64,000 nt of DNA from an uncultured Desulfatitalea sp. (lineage in GTDB: Bacteria > Desulfobacterota > Desulfobacteria > Desulfobacterales > Desulfosarcinaceae), in contig CAXXMB010000001.1 of assembly GCA_963668675.2 (NCBI GenBank), positions 576,001 through 640,000 of the forward strand, read 5' to 3'. Both the position numbers and the translations under genes were made by a program. Shown here piece after piece: positions 62,517 to 64,000 of the stretch (its first letter is position 1; the number at the start of each line of letters is the position of its first letter). Under the pieces are notes generated by a model, which worked only from the letters and a program-made list of their open reading frames with translations, did no database searches and was not told the origin of the DNA.

Positions 62517-63404
62517 GTGAGACTGATACGATTTCAATATATGCCCATTTGTTGGACGGTAGCCGTCGCTATTTGGTGTTCAGGTATGCTGGGGTGCGCC
62601 AGTCAAAAAGATGTGATTATCCTTGATGAACGGCTTATGCTCCTCGAGCGTCAGAATCAGGAATTGCAGAAGCAAAACAGCGATATGCAAAAACTTGTTC
62701 GCAAAGAGCTGGCCGTTGTCGGAGAGAGCAGTCAAACGACGGAATCCGCTCTGCGCTCAAAATATGCCGTGTTGAACGCTGAACTGGATAGTATTCAGGA
62801 AAATTTGCAGCTTTTGTCGGGACGGTTTGAGGAGATTGAGCACCGGGCGCAACAGCAGTCCATAGTGTTCGAAAAGGGGCAGCAAAAGATTGATGAGTTG
62901 AGTCTTCAAACAGAAAAAATCGACAAACGGTTGGTTGATCTCGAGCAATATCTCAATTTGGGGGAGAACGCCAAGCAGCCGTCCGCAAGAGAAACCTCTT
63001 CAGACCGCGATCAAAATGAGCCCAGCCCGGAAACAACGGCCAATCAAATCTATAACGAATCCAAACAAGCATACGATAACGGGAAACTGGACAAGGCCAG
63101 GAAGGGGTTTCAGCAGTTGATCAAAACCTTTCCCAAATCGAATAACGCTGATAATGCACAATTTTGGATCGGTGAAAGCTACTACCGGGAAAAGTGGTAT
63201 GAAAAGGCGATTCTCGAGTATCAGACGGTTATTGAAAAATACCCAAAAGGAAACAAGGTGCCGGCTGCGATGCTCAAGCAGGGGATGGCTTTTTTGCGAC
63301 TGGGTGATAAATCCAATGCCCGACTCATATTGAAAGAGCTTGAGAAGAAGTATCCAAAAAGCAACGAGGCAAAGGTGGCCGCCAAAAAGCTAAAGGAGTT
63401 TTGA
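62517..63404 (+). CDS. cpoB: Tol-Pal system protein YbgF/CpoB
   Basis: Lipobox LGC, coiled coil, TPRs (NAQFWIGESYY, KYPKGNKVPAAMLKQG). Confidence 0.93.
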   Translation: MRLIRFQYMPICWTVAVAIWCSGMLGCASQKDVIILDERLMLLERQNQELQKQNSDMQKLVRKELAVVGESSQTTESALRSKYAVLNAELDSIQENLQLLSGRFEEIEHRAQQQSIVFEKGQQKIDELSLQTEKIDKRLVDLEQYLNLGENAKQPSARETSSDRDQNEPSPETTANQIYNESKQAYDNGKLDKARKGFQQLIKTFPKSNNADNAQFWIGESYYREKWYEKAILEYQTVIEKYPKGNKVPAAMLKQGMAFLRLGDKSNARLILKELEKKYPKSNEAKVAAKKLKEF

Positions 63405-63488
63405 TTCAACGACAGTTTCCAATCTCCTTCCATTTGAGTTACTCGGTGACCCATTGAAACAACTCACCTTCGCAACCATTCCAGGACG

Positions 63489-64000
63489 ATGAAAATTAAG
63501 GTGGTGGGAATTGATCCGGGGCTTGCGGATACCGGTATCGGTATCGTTGAAGGTAGTCACCTGGCTGTCGAGAGTTTTGCTTTCGGCAGTATAAAAACTT
63601 CCCAGAAGGACCACCAATCCCTCCGTCTCGAAAAGATCTATACCCGTTTGTGTGATCTGTTCGCAAACGAAAAGCCGGATCTCATTGTTATTGAAGATGT
63701 GTTCTCCCTGGACAGATATCCCAAGTCGGGTATTCTTCTGGGTAAGGTGTGTGGTGCCATCCTGCTGGCCAGTCGCAAGGCGGAATCCAGCGTGAAGGAG
63801 GTTGCTGTGCGTGAAGCCAAGCAAGTGCTCACCGGGAACGGCAACGCCACTAAAGACCAGCTTGAGAAAGCTGTTAGGAAGATATTGGGGTGCCGTCAAC
63901 CTATCCGTCCTTACCATGCGTCGGACGCATTGGGACTTGCCCTCATTGGCCTCTTTCGCTATGGTAGCGGCAGTTGCCAGGCCGGAAATGACGTGTGCTC
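63489..64000 (+). CDS. ruvC: Holliday junction resolvase RuvC, running off the window end
   Basis: MKIKVVGIDPGLADTG, VIEDVF, TGNGNATKDQ and HASDAL; no stop codon before 64000, so absent from the ORF track. Confidence 0.92.
   Translation, partial: MKIKVVGIDPGLADTGIGIVEGSHLAVESFAFGSIKTSQKDHQSLRLEKIYTRLCDLFANEKPDLIVIEDVFSLDRYPKSGILLGKVCGAILLASRKAESSVKEVAVREAKQVLTGNGNATKDQLEKAVRKILGCRQPIRPYHASDALGLALIGLFRYGSGSCQAGNDVC

Noticed and set aside
63900..63935. RuvC with His in place of an acidic catalytic residue (HASD) as an inactive variant
   Set aside because: His at this position occurs in active RuvC such as that of Thermus thermophilus; the other catalytic residues are intact.

Overview
This looks like chromosomal DNA of a deltaproteobacterium, probably a Desulfobacterales-like sulfate reducer (inferred from gene content and order, not from a search). 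From left to right: (1) a type VI secretion locus at 1-19.6 kb (tssJKLM-tagF-tssA-tssBC-hcp-tssEFG-clpV, Vibrio/H2-like Hcp, no vgrG or PAAR in the window) with three unusual accessory ORFs; (2) a type IV pilus minor-pilin/adhesin cluster (fimT-pilW-pilV-pilX-pilY1) with two palindromic repeat elements flanking pilV; (3) a 757-aa hypothetical gene, a GspE/PilB ATPase and a TsaP-like LysM protein; (4) housekeeping genes: groEL/groES, an FmdB-type zinc ribbon, a 32-aa bS22-like protein missed by the ORF track, hflKC, DUF721/DciA, a tRNA methyltransferase, two tRNA-Ser genes, dnaX-ybaB-recR, murI and mscS; (5) a cheA-cheW-cheB-cheR-REC cluster and a REC-STAS gene, each preceded by a sigma28-type promoter; (6) sdh/frdCAB, an HD hydrolase, tolQRAB-pal-cpoB and a truncated ruvC. 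The best novelty candidate is an apparently split T6SS Fha module: a protein with six tandem acidic T-V-[V/I]-hydrophobic motifs (FHA-ligand-like) next to a stand-alone Fha C-terminal-like domain. A TIR-like protein lacking the catalytic Glu closes the operon. All domain calls are by-eye motif recognition; no searches were run.
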